Assembly: GCA_044229975.1 (NCBI GenBank)
Contig: JBGARZ010000012.1
Coordinates: 286,525 to 350,524 of the forward strand
Reading direction: 5' to 3'
From: Polyangiales bacterium
GTDB taxonomy: Bacteria; Myxococcota_A; Polyangia; Polyangiales; Ga0077539
DNA: 64,000 bases
Shown: positions 55,310-64,000 of the stretch, one piece after another
Layout of the letters: each line of letters opens with the position of its first letter
Numbering within the stretch: the first letter of the stretch is position 1
Translations under genes and position numbers: made by a program
The notes under the pieces: generated by a model
Databases searched by the model: none
What the model saw: only the letters and a program-made list of their open reading frames with translations
Told to the model about the DNA's origin: nothing

Positions 55310-55828
55310 CTATCGCGCGACCTCCAGCTCCGCCGGCCTCGCCGGTTGAGGCGGCGGCGCCCGGTGGTTCGTCACCGACGAGAGCACGACCGCCGCCAGC
55401 AGCCCGACGTCGAGGCCCGCCGAGATGATCATCTCGTGACGGTCGCCCCGGCTGTCGACCGTGTACTGGTGGGCGACCTCCAGGTCGACGAAGCTCGCCA
55501 CGAGGTACAGCCGCAGCCCGTTGCGAACGCCCCACACCACCTGATCGTCGCGCGTCCCGACCAGCGCGCGGGGTGCCCACCCGACACCGACGGTGTCCCA
55601 GAGAAAGCCGAACCCGTAGCCCGCGCTCCACAGCGTCTGGTCGACCCGGCCGTAGCCCGCCGTCGACGAGAACCCGAGCTCGAGGCCCATCAGCACATGA
55701 CGCGAACCGCCCGCGGGGAGCAGCAGCTTCATACCCGCGGTGAGCCCACCGACAAAGGCGGCGCCCTCGTCGGGCGCGACGCCGACGCCGACGCCGAGCC
55801 CGATGGATCCACGGAGCGAGGGCCACAT
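55310..55828 (-). CDS. Hypothetical beta-strand-rich (outer-membrane-like) protein, possibly 5'-truncated
   Basis: Alternating Gly/aromatic beta pattern (WSAGYGFGFLW, VWGVRNGLRLY); no signal peptide visible. Confidence 0.5.
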   Translation of the reverse strand: MWPSLRGSIGLGVGVGVAPDEGAAFVGGLTAGMKLLLPAGGSRHVLMGLELGFSSTAGYGRVDQTLWSAGYGFGFLWDTVGVGWAPRALVGTRDDQVVWGVRNGLRLYLVASFVDLEVAHQYTVDSRGDRHEMIISAGLDVGLLAAVVLSSVTNHRAPPPQPARPAELEVAR

Positions 55829-55968
55829 CTCCGGACGGCGACGCTGCGCTCCGGGGTGGGAACACCGGCACCGTGGTCTGCCGAATCGACCGGACCATCG
55901 GCGCTTGCGTCTGCGGGGACGCGGGCGGTCCGGCGACTGACCGAACGCCTCTGACGGCCTCGCCGGTC

Positions 55969-56871
55969 TTAGGAGCCCCCGCACGACGACCGGCGCCCCG
56001 CGACGAGTGTGACAGGCGCCGCCACGCCGTGCTCGACGCGCCCCACGTCGACGAGGCCGTGCCCGCGCAGGAGCTCGGCGGCCTCGTCCACCGCCCAGGG
56101 GTGACCCCCCGAGCGGACGGCGCGGAGCTCGGCGAGCGCCTCGGCGATGGGCTCGCGCGGGCCGCCGTAGAGCCCCACCAGGAGCCAACCGCCGGGCCGC
56201 AGCGCCCGGTGCACGCGCCCGATCGCGGCGACGCACACGCCCATCGGGAGAAACGGCCCCGGCACCCACGCCGCGTCGTAGATCCCCTCCTCGTCGAGGG
56301 TGCGGACGTCCTGGTGACGGACCGTCACCCGCCCGCCGAGGTCGGGCGCCGCCACGTTCGCACCGGCGAGCGCGAGCGCCGGCGGCCACACGTCGAGGCC
56401 CACCACCCGCAAGCCCGCGAAGCGCCGGGCCATCGCGACGGAGAGCCACCCGACGCCGCACCCCACGTCGAGGAACGCCCCTCCCTCCGCGCCCAGCGCC
56501 GCGCCGAGCCCTTCGAGTTGTGCGCTCGCACCCGCGATGGCGTCGGCCGCGCTGATCGAGGCGCGCCCCTGCGCGTCGAGCACGACGGGATCGTCGTAGG
56601 TCCAGCCGCAGGGGCGGGCGGGGTCTTCGAGGAGGTCGTGGGCCTGCCGGAAGAACGCACGGATCGCTCCGATCGCCGCGGCCTCCTCTGCCGCGGTGAG
56701 CGCCTCGGGCAACCCCAGCGCGGACGCCACGGCGGCGAGCCGGGCGCCCACCGCGGGGTCTACCGCGAGCCCCTCGCGGCGGGCGCGGAGGTGGGCGCCG
56801 AGCGCGGCCAGGGACTCGGTCGCGCTCGTCAATCGGAGCACCGTGGTCATCAACGCGGGAGGTGTGTTCAT
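55969..56871 (-). CDS. Class I SAM-dependent methyltransferase
   Basis: FLDVGCGVG, GLD, QDV, YDAAW, ALRPGGWL. Confidence 0.92.
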   Translation of the reverse strand: MNTPPALMTTVLRLTSATESLAALGAHLRARREGLAVDPAVGARLAAVASALGLPEALTAAEEAAAIGAIRAFFRQAHDLLEDPARPCGWTYDDPVVLDAQGRASISAADAIAGASAQLEGLGAALGAEGGAFLDVGCGVGWLSVAMARRFAGLRVVGLDVWPPALALAGANVAAPDLGGRVTVRHQDVRTLDEEGIYDAAWVPGPFLPMGVCVAAIGRVHRALRPGGWLLVGLYGGPREPIAEALAELRAVRSGGHPWAVDEAAELLRGHGLVDVGRVEHGVAAPVTLVAGRRSSCGGS

Positions 56872-57151
56872 CGGGATGGATCACTATCGCCGTCGAGGGG
56901 GTAGACCGCCAGTGTCCACCGTCCCTGGAGAACACCGTACGTCTTCTCCATCGGGCCTCTCATCGTTGTTGGCAATGTCGTACTGCTCATCATTGTGGAG
57001 TGAGGAGAATCCCCTCCACGACGCCGCTTTCTCAAGCATTGTTTGGACGTCATTTCGTTGCGGCCGTGCCGGGTCCGCACATAGGTTCTGCCCACACCCC
57101 AACACCGTGAGAGAGCGATCGGGAATCGCTCTCCGCGAGGAGCGTAGACCT

Positions 57152-58765
57152 ATGTCTCGTACCACGGATACGTCTGTCTCTCGTTCCACGTGGAGCGCCG
57201 CGATCGTCGTCCTGCTGAGCACCGGCTGCGGTTCGAGCGATGCTCCGAACGACGCAGCCGTCACCACCGACGTCCAGACCGCCACCGACGTCCAGACCGC
57301 CACCGACGTCCAGACCACCACCGACGTCCAGACCGCCACCGACGTCCAGACCGCCACCGACGTCCGGACCACAACCGACGTCCAGACCACAACCGACGTC
57401 CAGACCGCCACCGACGTCCAGACCGCCACCGACGTCCAGACCGCCACCGACGTCACCACGATGACCGACGCCGCGGTCGACGCCGCCACCGTCGACGCGG
57501 TCGACGCCGCCGTCGACGGCGGAACACCCGACGTCCCACCACCACCGCCGCAGGCGATCCTCGGCCTCGTGCGGGCCAACGCCGGCACGCTCTACCGCGT
57601 CGGATCTGGCGTCGTCACCGTTGGGGAAGGCGCAACCTGGAACACCTGCGCCACCGGATATTCGGTGATCGGTCGCGACTTTCAGCCCAACGGCTTCTGG
57701 CTTTGCGCCGCGACCGAGTTCGCCGAGCGGCGTTTCCATGTCGGCAACGTCGTCGGCGGGGTCAACGCGTTCTGGAGCCTCCAGCGGGGCAACGTCACCG
57801 CGCGGGGTACGGGGATGCGCGATGGGTGCACCGCGAGCTCCACCCTCATCGGTCGCAGCGGAACCATGACCGATGGGTTCTGGGTCTGCATGGACGGCGC
57901 GATGGTCGGTCGATACGCGCGGGCCTGGGAGTTCGACGTCGACGGCAGCCTCGCCGGGTGGACGCCCAACGGAACGCCCCCCGTCACCGTCGCGTCGGGC
58001 CGGGTCAGCTACACCGACACGGGCACCGACCCGTACCTCGTCTCCCCCAACGACCTCGACCTCGACGCGTCGAACTCGCTCGTCTACGTCGGCCTCCGCA
58101 ACGGGACGGCGAGCACCGAGGCGCGGCTCTTCTTCGTGCCCTTCAGTCCCTTGGGGGCGAGCTTCACCATGGCGAACTCGGTCGCCGCGACGACCATCGC
58201 CAGCGACACCGCCAGCCGGGAGATCGTCTTCGACATGAGCGCCCACCCCGAGTGGCGCGGCACCATCCGGCAGATCCGCGTCGACCCCGGGACGACCGCC
58301 GGCACCTACGCGATCGACTACATCCGGGTGCAGTCCCCTTCGGTGCGCTCGCTGAATCCGCGCTGGTCCTTCGACGCCGGCGCCGAGGGATGGACCGCCA
58401 TCCGAGGCGCGCTGGCCTGGGCGGACGGCACTCTCACCCACCGGGTCGACGTCAACGACGGGGCCATCGAGAGCCCGACGTTCAGCGCCCCGGCGGCCTC
58501 GCGCTCGCGGGTGCGCCTGCGCGTCCGCAACGGGCTCTCCGAGACGGGCGGGGAGGTGTTCTTCACCACGGCCACGGAGGGCGGCTTCGCGCAGGCGAGG
58601 TCGGTGCCCTTCGCGATGGTCGCGAGCGACGGCGGCTTCCGGGAGTACGTCGCGGACATGACCACCAACCCCGCGTGGACCGGCACCATCACGCAGCTCC
58701 GCGTGGACTTCGGCGGCACGGGCCGCGGCGACGTCGCCATCGACTGGATCGGCCTCGACGAGTGA
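57152..58765 (+). CDS. Lipoprotein with a TDVQTA repeat stalk and two tandem carbohydrate-binding-like beta-sandwich domains
   Basis: LSTGC lipobox; two W.FD....GWT...FF...DM...P.W.GTI.Q.RVD.G...ID.I domains. Confidence 0.83.
   Translation: MSRTTDTSVSRSTWSAAIVVLLSTGCGSSDAPNDAAVTTDVQTATDVQTATDVQTTTDVQTATDVQTATDVRTTTDVQTTTDVQTATDVQTATDVQTATDVTTMTDAAVDAATVDAVDAAVDGGTPDVPPPPPQAILGLVRANAGTLYRVGSGVVTVGEGATWNTCATGYSVIGRDFQPNGFWLCAATEFAERRFHVGNVVGGVNAFWSLQRGNVTARGTGMRDGCTASSTLIGRSGTMTDGFWVCMDGAMVGRYARAWEFDVDGSLAGWTPNGTPPVTVASGRVSYTDTGTDPYLVSPNDLDLDASNSLVYVGLRNGTASTEARLFFVPFSPLGASFTMANSVAATTIASDTASREIVFDMSAHPEWRGTIRQIRVDPGTTAGTYAIDYIRVQSPSVRSLNPRWSFDAGAEGWTAIRGALAWADGTLTHRVDVNDGAIESPTFSAPAASRSRVRLRVRNGLSETGGEVFFTTATEGGFAQARSVPFAMVASDGGFREYVADMTTNPAWTGTITQLRVDFGGTGRGDVAIDWIGLDE
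57266..57454 (+). repeat. Coding 18-bp VNTR (about 10.5 copies)
   Basis: ACCGACGTCCAGACC(GCC/ACC/ACA) repeated, encoding TDVQT(A/T). Confidence 0.95.
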
Positions 58766-58799
58766 CCTTCGCGGCGGGAGCGCCCGGGCTTTGCGGATC

Positions 58800-60179
58800 G
58801 TGAATCCACGATATCGTCTGCCCGTGACCCCGGGGTTCCTCCGTCGCGAAGCGGCTCGCCCCCCCGCCGACGATGCCGCGTTCGACGTGTACGCCGCGGA
58901 GGTCGTCGCGCAGTTCGCGGTCTTCGCCAGCCTGCTCCTGCTCTTCGGCACCCTCGCGTGGTGGCCGCTCGACGCGCTGGTCTGGCCCGAGGACCGCTTC
59001 GCGCCCGCCTTCTTCTGGCTGCGCGTGCGCGCCTCGGCGGTCGAGCTCCTCTCGCTCGCGCTCTTCATCGCCTCGTCCCACGCCCGCCGTCACTCCCTCG
59101 TGGTCGCGCCCTTCATGTACGTGCTCTTCGTCGCCAGCATCGGCTACTCCCTCGGCGAGCTCGGGGGCCCTGACCTCACGTGGCTCGCCGACGGAGCGCT
59201 CGCGGTGTTGCCTCCGGTGCTCCTCCCGCTGCGGCTGCGGGCGCGGCTGGTGGTCACCGCGGCCGTGGCGGCGGCCCTCATGGGGGGCTTCATCCTCCCC
59301 TTCGAGGCCAACCGCGCGGTGCCGACGATCGCTGCGCAGGTGGCCTTCCTCGCGTTCGCGTCGCTGAGCTCGGTGCTGGCAGGCGCGCTCGCCACGCGCT
59401 TCACCCGGCAGAACTTCTTCCAGAAGCGCGAGCTCGACAAAGCCAACGCCGCGCTCGCGCGCCTCACCGACGACCTCTCTCTCCGCGTGGCGGAGCAGAC
59501 CCAGGAGCTGCGCGACCTCGCGATCCACCTGGAGCGCGCGCAGGAGTCCGAGCGGCGTCGCATCGCCCGCGAGCTGCACGACGACTTCGGCCAGCGGCTC
59601 ACCGCGATGCGCATCACCCTCGCGCGCGTCGAGCGCCGGGTGGGCGAGCGCGACGACGACCTCCCCGACCTCCTCAACGACCTCTCGGCCCTGGTCGACG
59701 GCGCCTCCGGCGCCGCGCGGGATTTCGTCTCCGAGCTCCGCCCGCGGGTGCTCGACGACTACGGGCTCGTCGCCGCGGTCGAGTGGCTCTGCGAGCGGGT
59801 GCGCGCGCGGGAGGGGATGCAGTGCCGGCTCACCGTGTCGCCGGGGTTCCCCGATGGTGTGGCGCAGCCCGACCCCGAGAGCGCGCTGTGCCTCTTCCGC
59901 GTGACGCAGGAGGCCACGACCAACGCGCTCAAGCACGCGAGCGCGACCGCCCTCGACGTGTCGCTCTCCGTCGAGGGGGACGTCTACACCGTCACGGTGC
60001 GCGACGACGGCGTCGGCTTCGACCCCGACGCGCCCGCACAAGGCTTCGGCCTCCTCGGCCTGCGCGAGCGCCTCCGCGCCGCCGACGGAACCCTCTCCCT
60101 CGACGCTCGCCCCGGCCAGGGCACCCGCGTGACCGCGTCCCTGCGCGCGGCGCCTACCACCCAGGAGGAGCTGTCATGA
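58800..60179 (+). CDS. Membrane sensor histidine kinase (HisKA_3, NarX-like)
   Basis: ERRRIARELHDDFGQ, QEATTNALKHA, DDGVGFD, GFGLLGLRER; start uncertain. Confidence 0.92.
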   Translation: MNPRYRLPVTPGFLRREAARPPADDAAFDVYAAEVVAQFAVFASLLLLFGTLAWWPLDALVWPEDRFAPAFFWLRVRASAVELLSLALFIASSHARRHSLVVAPFMYVLFVASIGYSLGELGGPDLTWLADGALAVLPPVLLPLRLRARLVVTAAVAAALMGGFILPFEANRAVPTIAAQVAFLAFASLSSVLAGALATRFTRQNFFQKRELDKANAALARLTDDLSLRVAEQTQELRDLAIHLERAQESERRRIARELHDDFGQRLTAMRITLARVERRVGERDDDLPDLLNDLSALVDGASGAARDFVSELRPRVLDDYGLVAAVEWLCERVRAREGMQCRLTVSPGFPDGVAQPDPESALCLFRVTQEATTNALKHASATALDVSLSVEGDVYTVTVRDDGVGFDPDAPAQGFGLLGLRERLRAADGTLSLDARPGQGTRVTASLRAAPTTQEELS

Positions 60180-60832
60180 CCAAAGTCTTCGTCGCCGATG
60201 ATCATGCGGTGGTGCGCTGCGGCGTGTCGGTGCTGCTGCGCGAGCTCGGGGGCTTCGACGTCGTGGGTGAGGCCGAGGACGGGCGCCAGGTGCTGAACTC
60301 TCCGCTGCTGGCCACCTGCGACGTGCTCGTGCTCGACCTCTCGCTGCCGAAGGTCGGCGGCCCGGAGGTGCTGCGTCGCGTGAAGGCCGCGCACCCCTCC
60401 CTCGCGGTGGTGGTGCTCTCGATGCACCCCGAGGACCAGTTCGCGCGGCGCGCGCTGGCGGACGGCGCGGCGGCCTACGTCTCGAAGGAGCGCCCACCTT
60501 CGGAGATCATCGCCGCCGTGCGTCGGGCGGCCGAGGGCGTGCGCGACGAGCCGACCGCGGGCGACGCCGAGGCGAGCGCCGCGCGGCCGCACGCGACCCT
60601 CACGCGACGCGAGCACCAGATCTTCATGCGCGTCCTGCAGGGGACCCCCGTGATCGACATCGCCGCGGAGCTCGACGTCAACGCCTGCACGGTGAGCAAC
60701 CACCTCGCCAACGTGCGCAAGAAGCTCGGCGTCACGTCCCTCCCGGACCTGGTGCGCTACGCCATCGCCGAGGGGCTGATCGAGGTCGGCCCGGGCGCGA
60801 ACCCGGAGGGTCGACCGAAGACGGAGGAGTGA
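60176..60832 (+). CDS. NarL/LuxR family response regulator
   Basis: VADDHAVVR, VLDLSLP, LTRREHQI..IAAEL..TVSNH...KKL; ATGA overlap with the kinase. Confidence 0.94.
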   Translation: MTKVFVADDHAVVRCGVSVLLRELGGFDVVGEAEDGRQVLNSPLLATCDVLVLDLSLPKVGGPEVLRRVKAAHPSLAVVVLSMHPEDQFARRALADGAAAYVSKERPPSEIIAAVRRAAEGVRDEPTAGDAEASAARPHATLTRREHQIFMRVLQGTPVIDIAAELDVNACTVSNHLANVRKKLGVTSLPDLVRYAIAEGLIEVGPGANPEGRPKTEE

Positions 60833-60839
60833 GGGCGCG

Positions 60840-61322
60840 CTACTGCTCCGGCCGCCCGTCGTAGGTGAGCGACCACTCCACGTGGGGGCTGAGCTGGTTG
60901 TTGTTGCCGCTCAGGAGCACCTGGAGCTCGCGGGTGTTGGGGTCGTACTGCACGTTGCCGCCGACGCGCATCGGGCCGCGGTAGTGGTCGATGTCGATCT
61001 CGCAGACCGGCATCGGGGTCAGCACGAGCTGCCCGTGGTGGGCGTTGGGCTCCGGGTCCATCTGCACCTCCACGGTGCAGTTGGGCAGCGCCATGCGGTA
61101 CCGCCGCTCACCGACCGCCGGCGTGAACGTCACCCGCACGTTGCCGCGCGGTCGGTCGGTGTTCCACCACTGGACGTTGACCGCGCCGTTGGGGGCCGTG
61201 GGGCTGGTGTCCACCTGCACGCGCCCCCGCTCGGTCACGGTGCCCAGGTAGGCCGGGGCGGGCCCCGACTTCTTGCACGCGACCAGTGACGCGAGGCCCA
61301 ACCCGAGGATCGCTCGTCTCAT
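60840..61322 (-). CDS. Hypothetical lipoprotein
   Basis: MRRAILGLGLASLVAC lipobox. Confidence 0.75.
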   Translation of the reverse strand: MRRAILGLGLASLVACKKSGPAPAYLGTVTERGRVQVDTSPTAPNGAVNVQWWNTDRPRGNVRVTFTPAVGERRYRMALPNCTVEVQMDPEPNAHHGQLVLTPMPVCEIDIDHYRGPMRVGGNVQYDPNTRELQVLLSGNNNQLSPHVEWSLTYDGRPEQ

Positions 61323-61406
61323 GACCCGCCACGGTACCCGAGACCTGCGCCGGATGCGCGGGCGCAGCTTGCCGAAGCCATCACAGCCGACGAACATGGA
61401 ACCCCT

Positions 61407-62906
61407 GTGCGTAGCCAGGAGGGACAAGCGACGCTGCGTTGGCCCGCGCTCGTCGCCCTCGTGCTGGTCGCATGCAGCGAGGCGGCGATCGTCCCGCCGA
61501 CCCGTCGCTCCATCACACACCGCGCCCCGCTGCACGCGACCGACGGTGGCCCCGCCGTCACCCACGACGCCCACGTCGCCCACGACGCCGCCACCTGGGA
61601 GGTCCCTGCCGAGCCGCAGCGCGAGGGCGACCCTGCGCTCGGCTACCGCGCGCTCGTCAACGAAGGTTACGTCACCTGCGGCATCCCCGCGCGCGTCTAC
61701 CGCTCGCTCTTCGGCGCGGCGCCCGCGGCCATGCGCCTGCCCGACCGTGACGCGCGCAACGCGCCGCTCCCGTACAACTTCACCGCGTCGGTCTCCCCGC
61801 GCGGCCACGAGATCGTCTCGGCCAACTGCCTGACGTGCCACGCGAGCGTGCTCCGCGGGCGCCTCGTCGTCGGGCTCGGCAGCGCCAACGTCGACTACAC
61901 CCAGAACACCGGCGCGCTCGCGCTCGGGGCGACCTTCCTGGGGGGTGGCGCGGCCGAGCGCGCCGAGCTCTCGCTGTGGGGCTCGCGCGTGGGAGCGACC
62001 GCCGACTACCTGGTCACGCGCACGGTCGGCGTGAACCCCGCCGACAACCTCGCCGCGGCGCTGTTCGCGCACCGCGACCCGCGCACGCTCGCCTGGAGCG
62101 ACCGCGCCCTGCTCGACCCGCCGCCGCGCGAGGTCGTGCCCGTCGACGTCCCGCCGTGGTGGCGCATGCGCAAGAAGAACGCGATGTTCTACAACGCGTC
62201 GGGTCGCGGCGACCACGCGCGCATCATGATGACCGCCTCGGCGCTGTGCACCGACTCCGTCGCCGAGGCGCGCCGCATCGACGCGTACTTCCCGCACGTC
62301 CGCGCGTACCTCCGCTCGCTGCGCCCGCCACCGTGGCCGTGGCCCGTCGACGCGCCGCTCGCCGAGCGCGGGCGCGAAGTCTTCGACCGGACCTGCGCCC
62401 GCTGCCACGGCACCTACGGCGACGGCGAGAGCTACCCCAACCTCGTCGTCGGCCTGCGCTCCGTCGGGACCGACCCGGTGCTCGCCCGGGGCGCGGCCCA
62501 GTTTTCGGGGCGCTTCGTCGACTGGTACCGCGACAGCTTCTACGGCGAGCGCTCGCGCATCGAGCCGCAGGAGGGCTACGTCGCGCCGCCGCTCGACGGG
62601 GTGTGGGCGACCGCGCCGTTCTTGCACAACGGGTCGGTGCCGACGCTGGCGACGCTGCTCGACAGCCGCGCGCGCCCGCGGTTCTGGACGCGCGACTTCG
62701 ACGACACCGACAGCTACGACCGAACCGCCGTGGGCTGGAGCCACGCCGCGCTCGACCACGGGCAGCGGCCCGACGACCCGCCGCGGGAGCGGGCGCGGAT
62801 CTACGACACGACGCTGCCGGGCTACTCCAACGCGGGCCACACCTACGGTGACCGTCTCACCGACGACGAGCGCCGCGCGGTGATCGAGTACCTGAAGACG
62901 CTGTGA
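61407..62906 (+). CDS. Di-heme c-type cytochrome lipoprotein (RoxA/peroxidase-like)
   Basis: LVAC lipobox; CLTCH and CARCH; PPLDGVWATAPFLHNGSVPTL; YDTTLPGYSNAGH; IEYLKTL. Confidence 0.87.
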   Translation: MRSQEGQATLRWPALVALVLVACSEAAIVPPTRRSITHRAPLHATDGGPAVTHDAHVAHDAATWEVPAEPQREGDPALGYRALVNEGYVTCGIPARVYRSLFGAAPAAMRLPDRDARNAPLPYNFTASVSPRGHEIVSANCLTCHASVLRGRLVVGLGSANVDYTQNTGALALGATFLGGGAAERAELSLWGSRVGATADYLVTRTVGVNPADNLAAALFAHRDPRTLAWSDRALLDPPPREVVPVDVPPWWRMRKKNAMFYNASGRGDHARIMMTASALCTDSVAEARRIDAYFPHVRAYLRSLRPPPWPWPVDAPLAERGREVFDRTCARCHGTYGDGESYPNLVVGLRSVGTDPVLARGAAQFSGRFVDWYRDSFYGERSRIEPQEGYVAPPLDGVWATAPFLHNGSVPTLATLLDSRARPRFWTRDFDDTDSYDRTAVGWSHAALDHGQRPDDPPRERARIYDTTLPGYSNAGHTYGDRLTDDERRAVIEYLKTL

Positions 62907-62930
62907 TCGCGGGCCCCCGCCTCCATGCGT

Positions 62931-63320
62931 TCAGGCCGGGTCACGGTTGGTCAGGAGTGACCCCACGCCGCGGCCCGTCGTGCGCGGGAGGCCGACCAGC
63001 ACGGCCAGCGCGAGCACGAGGTCGCCCGCCGCGAGCCAGCGGATGAAGGCGCCCGCCTCGTCGAGGTGGAGCGCGAAGACGAGGACGACGAAGGTGAGGC
63101 GGATGCAGGCGTTCCAGTAGGGGAGGGAGCCGTGGCGGCGGAGGTCGGCGCTGCTGTAGAGCAGCGTGAGGGCGGCGAAGATCGCGAAGAGCGACGGGAG
63201 CCAGAGCCAGAGCGCCGCACCCGGCGGGCGTACGCCGAGCACTCCCAACAGACCCGGCGTCAGGAACGTCACCGCACCGCCGACGTTGTAGAGCGCGCAG
63301 AGGCGGACGAAGGTCTTCAT
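62931..63320 (-). CDS. Small membrane protein
   Basis: Four hydrophobic helices; ATG overlaps the upstream stop. Confidence 0.72.
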   Translation of the reverse strand: MKTFVRLCALYNVGGAVTFLTPGLLGVLGVRPPGAALWLWLPSLFAIFAALTLLYSSADLRRHGSLPYWNACIRLTFVVLVFALHLDEAGAFIRWLAAGDLVLALAVLVGLPRTTGRGVGSLLTNRDPA

Positions 63321-63760
63321 CGCCGCGCCTCCCGCCGGAGGGCGACGAGGAGCAGCACGCCGAGGGCGGTGTGCGAGGGGATGGCGGCGAGGACGCCGAC
63401 GCGGGCCTGCGCGTTGGCGAAGATCCCCTCGTCGGCGAGGAGCCACCAGAGAGCACCGTCCACCGCGGAGCTCGCGAATTGGTAGAAGGCCAGCGCGCGG
63501 ACGACCCCGAGGTGGGGCGCATCGCGCATCGTCCAGGCGATGGCGGCCTGCGTGGCGAGCGACACCGCGAGGAGCTTGACGATCCATTGGCCGTCGGGGC
63601 TCAGCACCCAGCCGGTCGTGGGGGTGACCAGCCGCGGAGGCATGAGCCCCGCGACGGCGTAGAAGGCCTCGAGCCACGCGGTGACGCGGAGCAGGAAGCG
63701 GAGGTCGGTGAGGCGACCGCCAGAGGCGGCGACGGAGGGTCGTGGGTCGGGCGTGTCCAT
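63317..63760 (-). CDS. Small membrane protein
   Basis: Four hydrophobic helices, 147 aa. Confidence 0.72.
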   Translation of the reverse strand: MDTPDPRPSVAASGGRLTDLRFLLRVTAWLEAFYAVAGLMPPRLVTPTTGWVLSPDGQWIVKLLAVSLATQAAIAWTMRDAPHLGVVRALAFYQFASSAVDGALWWLLADEGIFANAQARVGVLAAIPSHTALGVLLLVALRREARR

Positions 63761-63851
63761 GGCCCGGAGGGTGCGGTGGTGGGGTGTCGGCCGACACGGC
63801 AGGGCGCGCCACTGCCCTCGCAGAGCGCGCCAATGATTCCGATCCGCCCGA

Positions 63852-63989
63852 TGGACGTTCGCGAAGTGGGGGGCCGGGGTTCACGGTGCAGGCTCCGCGT
63901 CCGTCGCGCTCCGTTCACCCCGGTCCATGGTAGGGGGTCACCCCGCCGCTGCGCGACGGGGTTGCAACGGAAGTCACTGCCCCCCGCTT
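63852..63989 (+). repeat. Third copy of the REP-like element at 20983-21288 (may continue past the window end)
   Basis: TGGACGTTCGC..GGGGCCGGGGTTCACGGTGCAGGCTCCGCGTCCGTCGCGCTCCGTTCACCCCGG..GGTAGGGGGTCACCCCGCCGCTGCGCGACGGGGTTGCAACGGAAGTCACTGCCCCC. The last part matches the reverse complement of 21141-21166. Confidence 0.92.
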
Positions 63990-64000
63990 TTCGTCGGTCA

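Noticed and set aside
55829..55968. Possible frameshifted 5' part of the 55310-55828 gene
   Set aside because: An alternative frame is Pro/Thr-rich and linker-like, but no signal peptide or slippery site is evident. It cannot be supported without homologue alignment.
1..64000. rRNA, tRNA, transposase, integrase or prophage genes
   Set aside because: No such motifs recognised. The intergenic hairpins lack tRNA cloverleaf or T-loop signatures.

Overview
Very GC-rich bacterial chromosomal segment. Gene content (Ser/Thr kinase plus TPR/PEGA pair, Cys-rich and RCC1 lipoproteins with Asp/Ala-rich linkers, an FHA-sigma54 activator, many hybrid kinases) suggests Myxococcota, probably Polyangia-like; this is an inference. 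About 46 CDS; obgE is the only housekeeping gene I can name with confidence. I found no rRNA, tRNA, CRISPR-cas, transposase, integrase or reverse transcriptase. Main points of interest: (1) a KaiA-less kaiC-kaiB-kaiB-PAS hybrid kinase operon with an R. sphaeroides-type KaiC (SS phosphosites, C-terminal coiled coil), directly downstream of a glycosyltransferase/acyltransferase/hydrolase module and converging on a c-di-GMP enzyme. (2) An orphan soluble AAA+ with a CDC48-like pore loop fused to an M41 protease. (3) A trypsin with a PAN/Apple module inserted in its catalytic domain, under a near-consensus sigma54 promoter, next to an activator whose GAFTGA loop reads GAASGI. (4) Three lipoproteins that share an N-terminal module but carry different C-terminal payloads. 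(5) A compositionally atypical FGE/CLec lipoprotein gene bracketed by inverted copies of a 53-bp repeat and followed by a degenerate 10 x 22-bp array. (6) Four other unrelated palindromic non-autonomous elements, including a 179-bp MITE with a TAA target duplication. Start codons were chosen by eye and several are uncertain.
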